The position numbers and the translations under genes are program-made. A stretch of 64,000 bases of DNA from a bacterium (lineage in GTDB: Bacteria > Hinthialibacterota > Hinthialibacteria > Hinthialibacterales > Hinthialibacteraceae): assembly GCA_963663405.2 (NCBI GenBank), contig CAXXSM010000076.1, forward strand, positions 32,001-96,000, read 5' to 3'. The notes below the pieces were generated by a model that searched no databases, was not told where the DNA came from, and saw nothing but the letters and a program-made list of their open reading frames with translations. This document shows, one piece after another, positions 10,531 to 23,810 of the stretch; position 1 is the first letter of the stretch; every line of letters begins with the position of its first letter.

Positions 10531-13500
10531 GTGATTATGAAAAGAGTTCTATTTTATACGATTCTGTTGACGTTCGTTTGGGCAAGCGCCTCCGTCTATG
10601 GAGAGGTGAAGGCGTATGAAGAAGAGATCGTTATACCCACGTGGGAAATCGGGCCGCCACAGGTTCATTCCAACTTCCCCGATTCGGGCAGGAACATCTA
10701 TCCATATACATTAAATGATGTTCTAACAGATAAAAAAGTCGATAAAACATATAAAGGTGTCTATCTCGAAAATGATTACATAAAGGTCTTGATTCTGCCG
10801 GAAATCGGTGGACGTTTGCATGGCGCGCTGGACAAGACCAACGATTATGTCTGGTTCTACTGGCAGCGCACAATCAAACCCGGCCTTATCGGTATGACTG
10901 GAGCCTGGATTTCCGGTGGTATTGAATGGAATTTCCCTCATGGCCACCGGCCATCCTGTTTCATGCCCGTCGATTATAGGATCGTCAACAATGAAGACGG
11001 CAGCGCCACCGTTTGGGTGGGGGAGACCGAACCGATTTACCGCATGCGCTGGATTATCGGGATGACGGCGTTCCCTGATCGCAGTTATATTCGCTGTGAT
11101 TATATCTTCGTCAATCCAACCCAATCGAAACATCCATTTCAATTCTGGGCGACATCAGCCACCCACGCCAATGAGTTCGCGCAAGCCCAGTTCCCCGGCG
11201 ATATGGTTACCGGTCATGGAAAACACCAGTTTTGGAATTGGCCGATTCATGATGGCGTCGATCTGACATGGTGGAAGAATTCACCCAACGCGAGCAGTTA
11301 TTTTGCATTCAACAATCCCTCCGACTGGTTCGGCGTCTACGACCATCAGGCGGAGGGGGGCATGATTCATGTGGCCAATCACCATATCATGCCCGGCAAG
11401 AAACTATGGACCTGGGGATCGGGACCGTCCGGCCGGATCTGGGAGGACATCTTAACTGAAGGTGGGGGACCGTATTTTGAACCCCAAGCGGGCGCATGGA
11501 GCGACAATCAACCGGATTACCACTGGATGTGGCCCAATGAAGTGAAAACAGCCCATGACTATTGGTATCCTGTGCGGGATACGCGCGGTTTTCATCATGC
11601 GGATAAAGATTTCGCCGTCAATACCGATGTGGCGGATGGTATGGCGTTTGGGGCCGTCTATTCAACCGGATGCGTTAAAAATTACAAAGTTGTTCTGAAA
11701 AATGTGAAAACCAATTCCATTCTCTCCTCAACATTCGCGGATATTTCCCCAGACCGGCCCTATTCTGTTCAAGTGGAAACCCCTCAAAACACAACGGTCT
11801 GCGATTTGGAACTGACCGTCTATGACAAGACCGGAAATACGCGCATCCAGCTGCGGCAGCAGGAACCAAAACAGGTGGATCTCCCCGCCGGCCAACGCGA
11901 TCCCGGCGATCCGGACAAGATGAATCAGGATGAACTGTTCCATGCGGGCGAATGGCTTGATAAATTCACCCGCACTTCGCAAGGACTCAACTATTACAAA
12001 AAAGCCTTGGAAAAAGACCCTAAAGACACCCGCATAAATACAGAAATGGGATTTTACGCGTTGAAACAGGGAAAATGGAAAGAAGCGTTGGATCATCTCG
12101 ACCGCGCGTTGGAGCGGGACAACGATTGTTCCCGCCTCTATTTTGGAAAAGGGATCGCCTATAGGGGCTTGCGGGATTTCGAAGCGGCGTACGACCAATT
12201 CTACCGGTCTACATATTCATATGATTTCTATTCGAGCGGATACTACAACCTGGCTCAAATCGATTTGCGCTTAGGACGTTTTCAAGAAGCCATCGAAAAA
12301 TTGAATGAATCCGCCAGCCAAAATGGCAAATATGCGGATATCCCCGCTCTCCGCGCTGCCGCATACCGTCATTTAGGAGAAGAGAAACAAGCGCTCACCA
12401 ATGCGGAACGAGCCATCGAATTAGACCCGCTGCATTTCATGGGCGGATATGAAAAGATCCTCGCTCTACACGATCGAACCACCGCCGCCGAATGGGAACA
12501 GACGTGGACTTCGATTATGCGGGATTCCGCCCAGAACTATATGGAATTGGCGCTCGTTTATGCCAACGCCGGTCTCTTCGAAGACGCGGACCTTGTTCTC
12601 AATCTCTTCTCGAAAGGGAAAAAAGACACCGAAATTCATCCAATGGTCAATTATTTCCGTGGCTATTTCAAAGAACTGGCCGGAGACGTTCCGGGCGCGT
12701 CCGTCTTTTATCAACGCGCCGCAAAAGGCCCAGTCGATTACACCAATCCCCACCGCCTGGAAGGCAAAGCCGCCCTTGAAGCGGCGATCCGGAGCCAACC
12801 CGATGACGCCAATGCGCGTCTCTATCTCGGCAATCTCCTCTACGCGCGCGGACAGCGCGAAGAAGGCTTCGCGTATTGGAAAGAAGCGGTTGAGAAAAAT
12901 CCAAACTTAGTCCACGCATGGCGGAACGTGGCGTATGGAGAACATCATTTTAAAAGGAATTTGGATAATTCATACGACGCCTATCAAAAAGCCGCGCAAC
13001 TCGATCCAACCGACGCCCGCGTGCTTCTGGAACTCGATCAGGTATCCGAACAGCTGGGACGCCCCGCCGGGGAACGGCTCGCGATACTCGAAGCGCGGCA
13101 AGATGTGGTGCGCATGCGGGATGATCTCCTCTCCCGGCTGGTCGATCTGCGTCTGATCGCGGGAGACGCCGCCTCGTTGAAAGAAGCGTACAAAACACTC
13201 AGCCAACACCATTTCCATAGCTGGGAAGGCCAATACGGTATCCACCACGGCTGGGTGGAGGTCAACCAGAAATTGGGAGATATAGCGTTCGATAAACAAG
13301 ATTATCTAGCCGCGCTGGAATATTACAACGAAGCCTGCCGGTATCCGAAAAACTTAGAGGTGGCGGCCCGCACACCCGATTTCCGCGCGCACGTTTATTG
13401 GAATCTAGCCAAAGTCTATATCGCGATGAAAAAGAAGGATCTAGCCAACGATTACATGCGGAAGATCCTCGCCGAAAAATACACACGCCCCCATCTCGGC

Positions 13501-13785
13501 ACATTCTTCCAAGCCCTGTCACAAAAAGCGCTGAATAATCCAACCGAGTATGAATCCCTGCTGGATAGTTTAGAAAAACGCGCGCGGGATCTGACATCAG
13601 GTGATTTCAGAAGCCGGGGAAGACCCGCGACAATCGGATACTATCTCCTATCCCTGGTCCTCCAAGAAAAAGGCGACACAGAAGGCGCCATAGAAGCCCG
13701 CAAAACAGCCTACGAACGCGACCCACGAATCATGCGCGCCGCCATCCGCGAAGCCCAACTTGACATCGCGCGAGCGCATCAGTGA
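10531..13785 (+). CDS. Exported DUF5107-domain / TPR protein
   Basis: Signal peptide; LENDYIKV.ILPEIGGR, WISGGIEWNFP, PGKKLWTWG and QAG...NQPD motifs; TPR C-half. Confidence 0.85.
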   Translation: MIMKRVLFYTILLTFVWASASVYGEVKAYEEEIVIPTWEIGPPQVHSNFPDSGRNIYPYTLNDVLTDKKVDKTYKGVYLENDYIKVLILPEIGGRLHGALDKTNDYVWFYWQRTIKPGLIGMTGAWISGGIEWNFPHGHRPSCFMPVDYRIVNNEDGSATVWVGETEPIYRMRWIIGMTAFPDRSYIRCDYIFVNPTQSKHPFQFWATSATHANEFAQAQFPGDMVTGHGKHQFWNWPIHDGVDLTWWKNSPNASSYFAFNNPSDWFGVYDHQAEGGMIHVANHHIMPGKKLWTWGSGPSGRIWEDILTEGGGPYFEPQAGAWSDNQPDYHWMWPNEVKTAHDYWYPVRDTRGFHHADKDFAVNTDVADGMAFGAVYSTGCVKNYKVVLKNVKTNSILSSTFADISPDRPYSVQVETPQNTTVCDLELTVYDKTGNTRIQLRQQEPKQVDLPAGQRDPGDPDKMNQDELFHAGEWLDKFTRTSQGLNYYKKALEKDPKDTRINTEMGFYALKQGKWKEALDHLDRALERDNDCSRLYFGKGIAYRGLRDFEAAYDQFYRSTYSYDFYSSGYYNLAQIDLRLGRFQEAIEKLNESASQNGKYADIPALRAAAYRHLGEEKQALTNAERAIELDPLHFMGGYEKILALHDRTTAAEWEQTWTSIMRDSAQNYMELALVYANAGLFEDADLVLNLFSKGKKDTEIHPMVNYFRGYFKELAGDVPGASVFYQRAAKGPVDYTNPHRLEGKAALEAAIRSQPDDANARLYLGNLLYARGQREEGFAYWKEAVEKNPNLVHAWRNVAYGEHHFKRNLDNSYDAYQKAAQLDPTDARVLLELDQVSEQLGRPAGERLAILEARQDVVRMRDDLLSRLVDLRLIAGDAASLKEAYKTLSQHHFHSWEGQYGIHHGWVEVNQKLGDIAFDKQDYLAALEYYNEACRYPKNLEVAARTPDFRAHVYWNLAKVYIAMKKKDLANDYMRKILAEKYTRPHLGTFFQALSQKALNNPTEYESLLDSLEKRARDLTSGDFRSRGRPATIGYYLLSLVLQEKGDTEGAIEARKTAYERDPRIMRAAIREAQLDIARAHQ

Positions 13786-13818
13786 TGTAATAAGCGCGAA
13801 CGTCCGAGGCGAATGGAC

Positions 13819-14220
13819 CACGGGCGTCCTGCCCGTGATTCAATATTCCATCTATCCAACAATCTAGATATCATTTTGTCTGAATTTTGTCTGAATCTGG
13901 ATGGCCAGGATTAACTGGATGAGCAGGATTTTTAAAATTCATTCATTGATAGTATCATGTCACCCATATGAAGTGATGAGGCAACAAAAATCAATATAGA
14001 GGAATCATTGAGCGAATTCTCCCCCCAAGCCTGAGGGGAGTTAGGGGGGGGCGCATCGATGAAACAACCCCCTCCTAACCTCTCCCAGGCTTGGGGGAGG
14101 AATCTTTTACTTTAGATGGCTGACCAATTACCATTGATATAACCATCCATTGAACGCCACAACTCTGAAGATCCATATCCTGAATATCCTTTCATCCTGT
14201 ATATCCAGATTCAGACAAAA
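13819..14220. repeat. Nested intergenic repeat cluster (REP/MITE-like)
   Basis: Palindrome cacgggcgtcctgcccgtg at about 13819-13837. Perfect 18-bp inverted repeat at 13885-13902 / 14203-14220 encloses a long G/C hairpin at 14016-14103. Confidence 0.75.
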
Positions 14221-14353
14221 TAGCCACACAATCTCGCAACAGAGGTCATTAAGCTATTGATTTCTCCCCCATTCTACAATAGATGTTGACACATCAATAA
14301 ATCTATCCAGAATGTTTAAGGTTCGCATTCACGGTTTAAGGAGACTCCATTTC

Positions 14354-16676
14354 ATGAACGACAATCTCAAATTATTATTCAAATTATCCATTTGTCTTTG
14401 CGCCGTATTTCTTCTCACCGCCGCCCCCCTTTTCGCGCAGGAGACGGATGATAAGGAAGAATGTAAAATCATCACGCTGGACTATCTCTATAAAAAGGAC
14501 GAACTTGGAATCAAGCCCGTCGATCCCGATTATCCCCAAAATTTGCAATGGTCCACAGAAGGGCATACGCTCGCGTATTTGGTCTCCCGCGCCACGGAAG
14601 CGCCACACATGGTTTTCTACAATCCCGTCAATGACGCGACAGCGTTTTTAATCACCCCCTGCGCCCTGCATGACGCGCTGATCCAACTGGCTTCAAAACC
14701 GGAAGGCGTGGCGATCGCGCCTTACTCGTTGGTTCAATACATTCCGGACGACGCGACAGAGGTAGAAACCATTGACCGGTATGATTGGCTCAAAGACGAG
14801 GACGCGGTCCGGCTGCATGTCAAAGGAAAAAAGTATACATGGGATCTAGAAGAAAACCTTCTCGTTGAAGAAGAGGAAGAGAAAACCTTTTTACCCGCAG
14901 GTGAGAAAAACGATATCGAGTATTCTCCAAACGAACGCTTCGCCGCGTACACGCGCGCGAACGATATCTATGTCTACGACACCGAACAGAAGAAAGAGAT
15001 CCGTCTCACCCACGATGGAAGCGAATCAACCCTCAACGGACGCATGACCTGGGTTTATTGGGAAGAACTGCACTACCGCCGTGGATACCGGGCGTTCTAT
15101 TGGTCCCCCAACAGCGACACGCTCGCCTACCTGCAATTCGATGAAACCGGCGTTTCTACTTATCCTGTCGTCGACTATTCTACACCGGTTCCCAAAGTGC
15201 GGAACATGTTCTATCCCAAAGCGGGCACGCGGAATCCCGCTGTGCGCGTCGGCGTCGTTTCGCTATCCACGCGGGACACGCAATGGATCGACCTGCGGGA
15301 ACCATACGAGTATATCGCCCGTGTCGCTTGGACCCCCGATGGAAAGAAACTCGCGATTCAAGCGTTAAACCGCGCCCAAGACCGTCTCACTCTCTTATTC
15401 GCCGATCCCGGTGATGGGACCAGCGAAATCATTCTTGAAGAAACCGATGACGCCTGGGTCAACGCGCACGGCGGCCCCTACTTCCTCGAAGATGATAACG
15501 CCTTCCTCTGGCTGTCCGAACGCAGCGGGTATCGCCCACCTCTACCGCTATTCCAACGACGGCAAGCGGGTCAAGCAACTCACCGAAGGCGATTGGGAAG
15601 TCAATCCAAGCCTTTGGAGCATTCAAATCACTATCGACAAAGATAAGAACCGGGTGTTTTTCAATTCTTCCAAAGCCTCCCCCTTGGAGAGACACATCTA
15701 TTCCCTTTCCACAAATGGTGGACGCCTGCGCCAATTGACCACGGAACCAGGAACACACAGCGCAACCTTCTCCGCCGATAAGAGATACGCGGTCATTCAT
15801 TTCAATAACCTCCATGTTCCAAAGCGCGTACAAGTGATTGACACGCGCGGAAAAGTGATTCGGACATTGGGAGAAACCACTTTCGAAGATTACGCCCCCT
15901 ATCGGTTGCAGCGCTCTGTGTTGACCGAACTGCAAGGCCCGAACGGTCTGACCTACTATGGCCGCATAACCAAACCCTTCGATTTCGATCCAGAAAAACA
16001 ATATCCAGTAATCGTTTATGTGTACGGCGGCCCTGCGACACAGGTCGTTTCAAACACGTTTACATCCATGCGCGATCTGGCGTTCGTCAACCGGGGCTTT
16101 ATCCTTTTCGGATTCGACACCCGCGGCACAACCGGACGCGGGCGGGAATGGATCAACGCCATCCACCACAATGGCTGCGAGATCCCGTTAAAAGACCTTG
16201 CGTTCGCGGTTGAATACTTAAAGACACTGCCCTATGTGGATCAGGAAAATATCGGAATCTGGGGATGGAGCAATGGAGGCTACATGACCTGCTGCGCGAT
16301 GATCAAATCCCCCGGCGTATTCCGCGCGGGCGCGGCGGTCGCCCCCCTTACGGACTACGCGCTCTACGACACAATCTACACCGAACGATACATGGGACTC
16401 CCCGATGACAACGAAGAGGGCTACAAAGAAAGCGCCCCCGGCAATTTCGCGGAAGACTTGGAAGGAAGCCTGCTAATCGCTCACGGCGTGAGCGACGACA
16501 ACGTCCACATCCAAAACGTCTATTCCCTCGTGGATAAACTGCTCGAAGCCGAGAAAGATTACGAACTCTACCTCTACCCCCAACGCGACCACGGCATCGG
16601 GGGCGATAAACGAAGATATCACCTTTTCCAACGGATTCTCGATTTCTTTGAACGGAAATTGAAAGAAGATCGATAG
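14354..16676 (+). CDS. Dipeptidyl peptidase IV-like S9 peptidase; +1 frameshift at about 15535-15537 (likely sequencing error)
   Basis: DPP-IV propeller motifs (NG..WVY.EE, YPKAG..NP) and triad GWSNGG / DDNVH / DHGI. Removing one C restores SERSGYRHLY. Confidence 0.9.
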
Positions 16677-16700
16677 ATCATCAGCGAAAGATCGTAGTGA

Positions 16701-16803
16701 TGGGTGGCCAGGGCAAGGTTTTTCATCTAAAAGCCGCCACCGCGCGGCGTTGTCGTTACTGGCGCTACATCCCAGTAAATTATACAAGGGGAGAAAAGCA
16801 TCC
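16701..16803 (+). repeat. Dispersed palindromic repeat (family C: gggt(a/g)gc(c/a)a.ggc.aag.tt.tcatct(gccctgg))
   Basis: Related copies at about 52047-52085 and 63649-63723. The copies at 16.7 kb and 63.7 kb also share attatacaa.gggagaaaag. Confidence 0.6.
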
Positions 16804-16818
16804 CCCTTAGCTCCATTA

Positions 16819-17289
16819 CTAGTGAGATCCAATTACGATTTGCCCGGGTTCAAAATAATATAACACTTGAATCGCTTTAAAAAAAGAAAATTCATCATCG
16901 ATCTCTGCATTTTCCTCTGACCAGATGTGAACCGTGAATTTAATCAATTTCTTTTTATTAGGGATACGAATCCTTCTCTTCTCATCATTTGAATCAACAA
17001 ATGTGAGAGTGGGGGAATATTCATAAAAGAGATCAAGGAAAGAAAAAGGATTTTCGCCGATAAAAAAAGTTGACTGCCCATTTGTTAATTCTCGTATTTT
17101 ATATCTGACACCATCCTCTCCGTACCTGATAGTAAAATCTTTTAAGGAAATATTAGTATTATTAACTACTTCTATAATAATATAACAACGAGACTGTATC
17201 ACTAAATATATGAAAGGAACAACAATAACCGCACAAAGAATCCAAAGAAGCCTTCGCCATTTAGTCCCTTTGATAATTGGTATCATCAT
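16819..17289 (-). CDS. AT-rich hypothetical single-TM protein
   Basis: ORF with GGGGG RBS before ATG 17289 and one hydrophobic segment; visibly more AT-rich than its neighbours. Confidence 0.6.
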   Translation of the reverse strand: MMIPIIKGTKWRRLLWILCAVIVVPFIYLVIQSRCYIIIEVVNNTNISLKDFTIRYGEDGVRYKIRELTNGQSTFFIGENPFSFLDLFYEYSPTLTFVDSNDEKRRIRIPNKKKLIKFTVHIWSEENAEIDDEFSFFKAIQVLYYFEPGQIVIGSH

Positions 17290-17448
17290 ATTTCCCCCGT
17301 TAAAAACGAATTTCGCTAAAAGTGTATTCATACTCAAAAATGATTCAAAAACACGACAAACAGCCTTGCTATAAAAGTAACACAAACAAGAATATTCGCC
17401 AATTTTCGTTTTTTTGGCAATTATTTAGGAAAAATCAGACAAGATAAA

Positions 17449-18348
17449 TTACTTTACAGAACCCTCAACATGCTTCCAAGCATGATAGGAACTGCGGACA
17501 AGGGGGGCGGATTCGACGTGGCGGAAACCGAGTTCCTTTCCACAGCGGGAATACGTCTCAAACTCATCGGGGTGGACGTAGCGGATTACGGGATGATAGT
17601 GAGGAGAGGGGCGCAAGTATTGTCCGATGGTGACGATGGAACATCCAGCCTCCCGCAGATCCTTCATCACATCAAACACTTCAGATTGTTCTTCCCCCAG
17701 CCCCACCATGATTCCAGATTTCACCGCTAAGTCCGGATAGGCGCGGGCCGCTCGTTGGAGGAGTTCAAGGCTGCGGTGGTAATCCGCCTGTGGACGGACA
17801 GTTTTATAGAGGCGGGGAACCGTTTCCACATTATGGCTCAGAACGGAAATCTCCGCTTTCAAGACTGTTTCGAGCGCTTTTTGATCTCCCTGAAAATCAG
17901 GGATGAGAATCTCCACCGCGCAATCTGGAGAACGCTCCTTCACCGCTTGGACTGTCATGTAAAACTGCATGGCGCCTCCATCCGGCAGATCGTCGCGGGT
18001 GACGGATGTGAGAACCACGCTTTTTAATTCCATCTCACGAACCGCTTGCGCGATCCGTTCCGGCTCGGTTGGATCGAGAGGTTTTGGCGCCACGGACCGG
18101 ACCGCGCAGAAGCGGCAGGAACGTGTGCAGGTATCCCCCAACAAAAGAAACGTCGCGGTTCCATGATTCCAACATTCGCTGATATTCGGGCAACGCGCTT
18201 CTTCACAGATCGTATGAAGGCCATGATTGTGGACGATCGCGCTTGTGGAACTTCGCTGCGCTCGCACGGGCGCTTTCACCCGGAGCCAAGGCGGTTTCGA
18301 TCCTTGCCGGGAAGGTTGTAAACGTTTCTGAGTAGATGATTCAGACAT
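17449..18348 (-). CDS. lipA: Lipoyl synthase
   Basis: KPPWL, CEEARCPNISEC, CTRSCRFC and RSSY motifs. Confidence 0.97.
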   Translation of the reverse strand: MSESSTQKRLQPSRQGSKPPWLRVKAPVRAQRSSTSAIVHNHGLHTICEEARCPNISECWNHGTATFLLLGDTCTRSCRFCAVRSVAPKPLDPTEPERIAQAVREMELKSVVLTSVTRDDLPDGGAMQFYMTVQAVKERSPDCAVEILIPDFQGDQKALETVLKAEISVLSHNVETVPRLYKTVRPQADYHRSLELLQRAARAYPDLAVKSGIMVGLGEEQSEVFDVMKDLREAGCSIVTIGQYLRPSPHYHPVIRYVHPDEFETYSRCGKELGFRHVESAPLVRSSYHAWKHVEGSVK

Positions 18349-18618
18349 AATTGTAATTATTATATTCTATTCCAGATAAAATCAGGGGATTACTAAGGAT
18401 ACTTTTTTGGCACAGCCCAAGCCGGATTCAATTCCCCATCGCGCCAATATGGCCTGCCTTCTTTTCATTCCATTAACTTCTCTCTATAAACCAATCATTC
18501 TAACACACTGATATAATTAAATTTATTGTTCCTGTTCCGTTTCTGGAATACTACTTGCTGTGAGGTAGAATCCGAAAAGTTGCGCGTATAATATTGAACG
18601 CAGGATCACAGGATAACG

Positions 18619-20073
18619 ATGAAAGTAAAAAAGGCATATAAATACATCGCAGGATTGATAGTATGCGCGATAGCCGCGTCCGCTGTCAACGCCTTCGCCT
18701 ATGATCGCCGTACACCGATTGTGGAAGCGGTGGAAAAGGTTCTGCCTTCCGTCGTTGATATCCTTACCACCAAAGATGTAAAAGTTTCCACGTTTCCTTT
18801 CCGGTCTTCATTTTTCCGAACACCGATGGATGATCTCTTTGTGGAAACATACAGTTTGAAAAATCTTGGGTCAGGCTGTGTGATCGAAGGTGGCTACGTC
18901 ATCACAAATTACCACGTGATTTCGTATGATTTCGGCCCTGCGGATAAAATATTCGTTACCGTCTATGGAGAAAAAGATCTCCGAGAAGCGACAATAATCG
19001 GCGGCGATCCTTATCAAGAAGTGGCGATCTTACGGATCGAAGGCCCCCATCCAGAGCACTACCTGCCTTGGGGCGAATCGGACGACCTAATGGTTGGAGA
19101 AACCGTAATCGCCATCGGAAGCGCGCTGGGTCAGCCATTTACCGTAACGAACGGAATCATCAGCGCCCTGAATCGAACCATTGAAGGAAAAAACGAACGC
19201 CCTTTAACAAACTTGATTCAAACCAACGCCGATATCAACCGTGGAAACAGTGGTGGTCCATTAGTCAATATAAATGGAGAGTTCATCGGATTAAACACCG
19301 TGATCCTCTCTCCATCGGGTGGATCAGTGGGATTGGGATTCGCAATCCCCGTCTCCCGCATCAAAAGGATCTACGATTACTGGGTAAAGGGAATTCTCCT
19401 TCTCGAAGACCAAATGGGTCTGGAAATTCAGGATTTAACCCAGCATATCGAGCGCTTTTTCCGGACCTATTATCCTTCCTTAAAGGAAGAAGACTTGACA
19501 GGTATTGTTGTTGTTCAGGTCTCCCCCTCTGGATTAAGCGCGGGAAAATTGAAAAAACGGGACTTGATCGTCCGAGTCAATGGAAATCCCATCTCGGACA
19601 GCCGGGATTTTCAGTCAAGGTTGGAGGAACATCAAGGAAACGACTTAAGCCTTGAGATTATCCGGGAAGGCCAGCGTGAGACGATCACGATCCCCGTTTC
19701 CCAGAGGAAAGTTGAAAAAATATCTTGGCAGGGAATGGAATTTCAAGCGTTGGACAATCCCTGGAGAAACCGTCTTGAAATCAGTGAAGGACAGGAAGGC
19801 GTTGTGATCCTGTCCGTCGATCCCGACAGCGCCGCCGCCAAAGCGAAGATCGTTTCGAACTACCCTAACTATGCGGCCAATCATGCGGGGATCCAACGCG
19901 GAGATATCATTTTATCGCTGAACAAAAAATATGTTGTCAATTCGCTGGACGATATGAAGGAAATCAAACGAGCGCTGGCTCATTCAGACACAATAGTAAT
20001 TGAACTGGCCCGCCGTGTTGATAAAGGACTCTTACGGCTCTTTTTCCAGTTCAAAAACTCCCAAAGTCTATGA
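18619..20073 (+). CDS. htrA: HtrA/DegP-family serine protease with two PDZ domains
   Basis: Signal peptide, ITNYHVI, QTNADINRGNSGGPL and two PDZ-like blocks. The catalytic Asp position reads Glu (GGDPYQEVA). Confidence 0.9.
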   Translation: MKVKKAYKYIAGLIVCAIAASAVNAFAYDRRTPIVEAVEKVLPSVVDILTTKDVKVSTFPFRSSFFRTPMDDLFVETYSLKNLGSGCVIEGGYVITNYHVISYDFGPADKIFVTVYGEKDLREATIIGGDPYQEVAILRIEGPHPEHYLPWGESDDLMVGETVIAIGSALGQPFTVTNGIISALNRTIEGKNERPLTNLIQTNADINRGNSGGPLVNINGEFIGLNTVILSPSGGSVGLGFAIPVSRIKRIYDYWVKGILLLEDQMGLEIQDLTQHIERFFRTYYPSLKEEDLTGIVVVQVSPSGLSAGKLKKRDLIVRVNGNPISDSRDFQSRLEEHQGNDLSLEIIREGQRETITIPVSQRKVEKISWQGMEFQALDNPWRNRLEISEGQEGVVILSVDPDSAAAKAKIVSNYPNYAANHAGIQRGDIILSLNKKYVVNSLDDMKEIKRALAHSDTIVIELARRVDKGLLRLFFQFKNSQSL

Positions 20074-20152
20074 CAGCGGCAAATTGAAAAGACCGGCATG
20101 AGACACGTTATCATGCTGAATCTATAAAAAAACAATCGTGGTGGAATGAACT

Positions 20153-20830
20153 ATGACCGATAAAACAGCCGCAAAAGGAGGCGGAAAAACAACAGTCGCT
20201 GATAAATCCGAGGATGGAGTGAAACTCGCTTTGGAAGAAAAATGGAAACAAGAAAAAGAAATATCCAAAATGAAACAAGAAGATAAAAGAAATGAAGAAT
20301 CCGTTCCATCCAATGATGAATCTGTCAGTGAGGAGGCGTTCGAACAACTGAAGCAAGAACGGGATGAATATCTCGACCATCTTCAACGGCTGCAGGCGGA
20401 ATTCGATAATTTCCGGAAGCGAACACAAAAAGAACGACAGGAAATGTCCCAATTTCTCCTGCAGGATTTCATGACCGGCCTGTTAACCGTGGTGGAAAAC
20501 ATGGAACGGGCTCTGCATCAAGGGAATGAAACACAGGATGTGAAATCCTATCAAACCGGTGTGGAAATGGTCTTTCAGCAACTTATGAATCTGCTGGAAG
20601 AGAAAGGGCTCAGGCGAATCGAAACCGTAGGTGAACCATTCGACCCCCTGTTTCATGAAGCGGTTTCGCAGGTGGAATCAGAGGAGTTTGAAACTGGGAT
20701 CATCATTGCGGAATTTTCTCCCGGCTATCTCTTGAAAGACCGCGTGTTGCGCGCGCCCAAAGTACAAGTCTCTTCCGGCCCGGTGTCATCCGAAACTGAA
20801 GCCGGCGATTCAAATACAAAAATTGATTGA
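20153..20830 (+). CDS. grpE: Nucleotide exchange factor GrpE
   Basis: R.QAEFDNFRKR, GEPFDP..HEA and GY.L.DRVLR motifs; directly upstream of dnaK. Confidence 0.95.
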   Translation: MTDKTAAKGGGKTTVADKSEDGVKLALEEKWKQEKEISKMKQEDKRNEESVPSNDESVSEEAFEQLKQERDEYLDHLQRLQAEFDNFRKRTQKERQEMSQFLLQDFMTGLLTVVENMERALHQGNETQDVKSYQTGVEMVFQQLMNLLEEKGLRRIETVGEPFDPLFHEAVSQVESEEFETGIIIAEFSPGYLLKDRVLRAPKVQVSSGPVSSETEAGDSNTKID

Positions 20831-20954
20831 CGAACAATGAAGGGAAACACCTTCTACTACCGCCGTCCCACGAACGGAGAGCGGTGGGCGCCAAAAATAC
20901 AGCAATCCATTTTGAGAAACGGAACAAATAAGTGGGGGCACAGGAGAACAAATC

Positions 20955-22916
<1,962 letters not shown>

Positions 22917-22981
22917 AATCCCTGGGGGATCGGCTATTGGCGCCGATCCCCCTAGACTCTCCAATGGGAGGTTTCCATTCC

Positions 22982-23293
22982 ATGCCGACTTATGATTATG
23001 TTTGTCAAAAATGTGGTTATGAATTTGAACAATTTCAATCGATGACGGAAGAGCCGATTAAAGACTGCCCGGAATGTAAATCGCGCGGCGCGGTGAAGCG
23101 CATGATCGGCATGGGCGCCGGGATTATCTTCAAAGGCAGCGGGTTTTACGAAACTGATTACAAGCGAAAATCTTCCTCTCCTTCGACAACGGGAACAAAG
23201 GAGAAAACAGACACAAAACCAATGAAGACCGAGAGCAAGAAAGAAAGCCAGCCGAAAACTGATACGGCCAAAGCGAAAAAAGACGCGGCGTAA
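22982..23293 (+). CDS. FmdB-family zinc-ribbon protein
   Basis: MPTYDY.C..CG...CPEC...FKGSGFY.TDY signature. Confidence 0.9.
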   Translation: MPTYDYVCQKCGYEFEQFQSMTEEPIKDCPECKSRGAVKRMIGMGAGIIFKGSGFYETDYKRKSSSPSTTGTKEKTDTKPMKTESKKESQPKTDTAKAKKDAA

Positions 23294-23381
23294 CAAAACC
23301 GGCCTGGATCGCTGGTTTCACACGCGCGGCTGTATAATTCTTTAAAGTCTATTTTCCAGGAGGGATGAAACAGGGGGCGCT

Positions 23382-23810
23382 ATGTTCTCCGGTGGTGTGT
23401 TAACCAAGGCGGAATTTCGGCGGATCCTTTGGATTGGATTCTTCATCGCTCCGCTCGTTCTCTTGACGATCGCCGCGCGGCTCGCGTTCTTATCGTATAC
23501 ACACAACGAGCGCGCCAGTGATTTCCTTCTGGACGGTCAACTCGAAAACGCGTTACACTCTTATCAATGGTCGATCCGGAACTACTTCCCCGGGAATCCA
23601 TTTGTGAAACACGCGCTAGACGAAACTTTGAACGCAATCAATGGTTATCACACCAAAGGGAAGATCAGTGAAGAACGAACTACGTTACAAAACCTTCGCG
23701 CCTCGCTGCTATCCATTCGGTCGTTTTATCAACCCTATCCGCATATCCTTCAATTGGTTGATGAGAAACTCAGCCGGTTGCCTAGCAATGAGAACCCTTC
23801 GAATCCATAA
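23382..23810 (+). CDS. Hypothetical membrane-anchored protein
   Basis: 142-aa ORF with GGGGG RBS and N-terminal TM; overlaps the next gene. Confidence 0.65.
   Translation: MFSGGVLTKAEFRRILWIGFFIAPLVLLTIAARLAFLSYTHNERASDFLLDGQLENALHSYQWSIRNYFPGNPFVKHALDETLNAINGYHTKGKISEERTTLQNLRASLLSIRSFYQPYPHILQLVDEKLSRLPSNENPSNP

Noticed and set aside
18403-18450. TTGGCAC upstream of htrA as a sigma54 promoter or CIRCE
   Set aside because: No TTGC at -12 (it reads AAGC) and no GAGTGCTAA arm.
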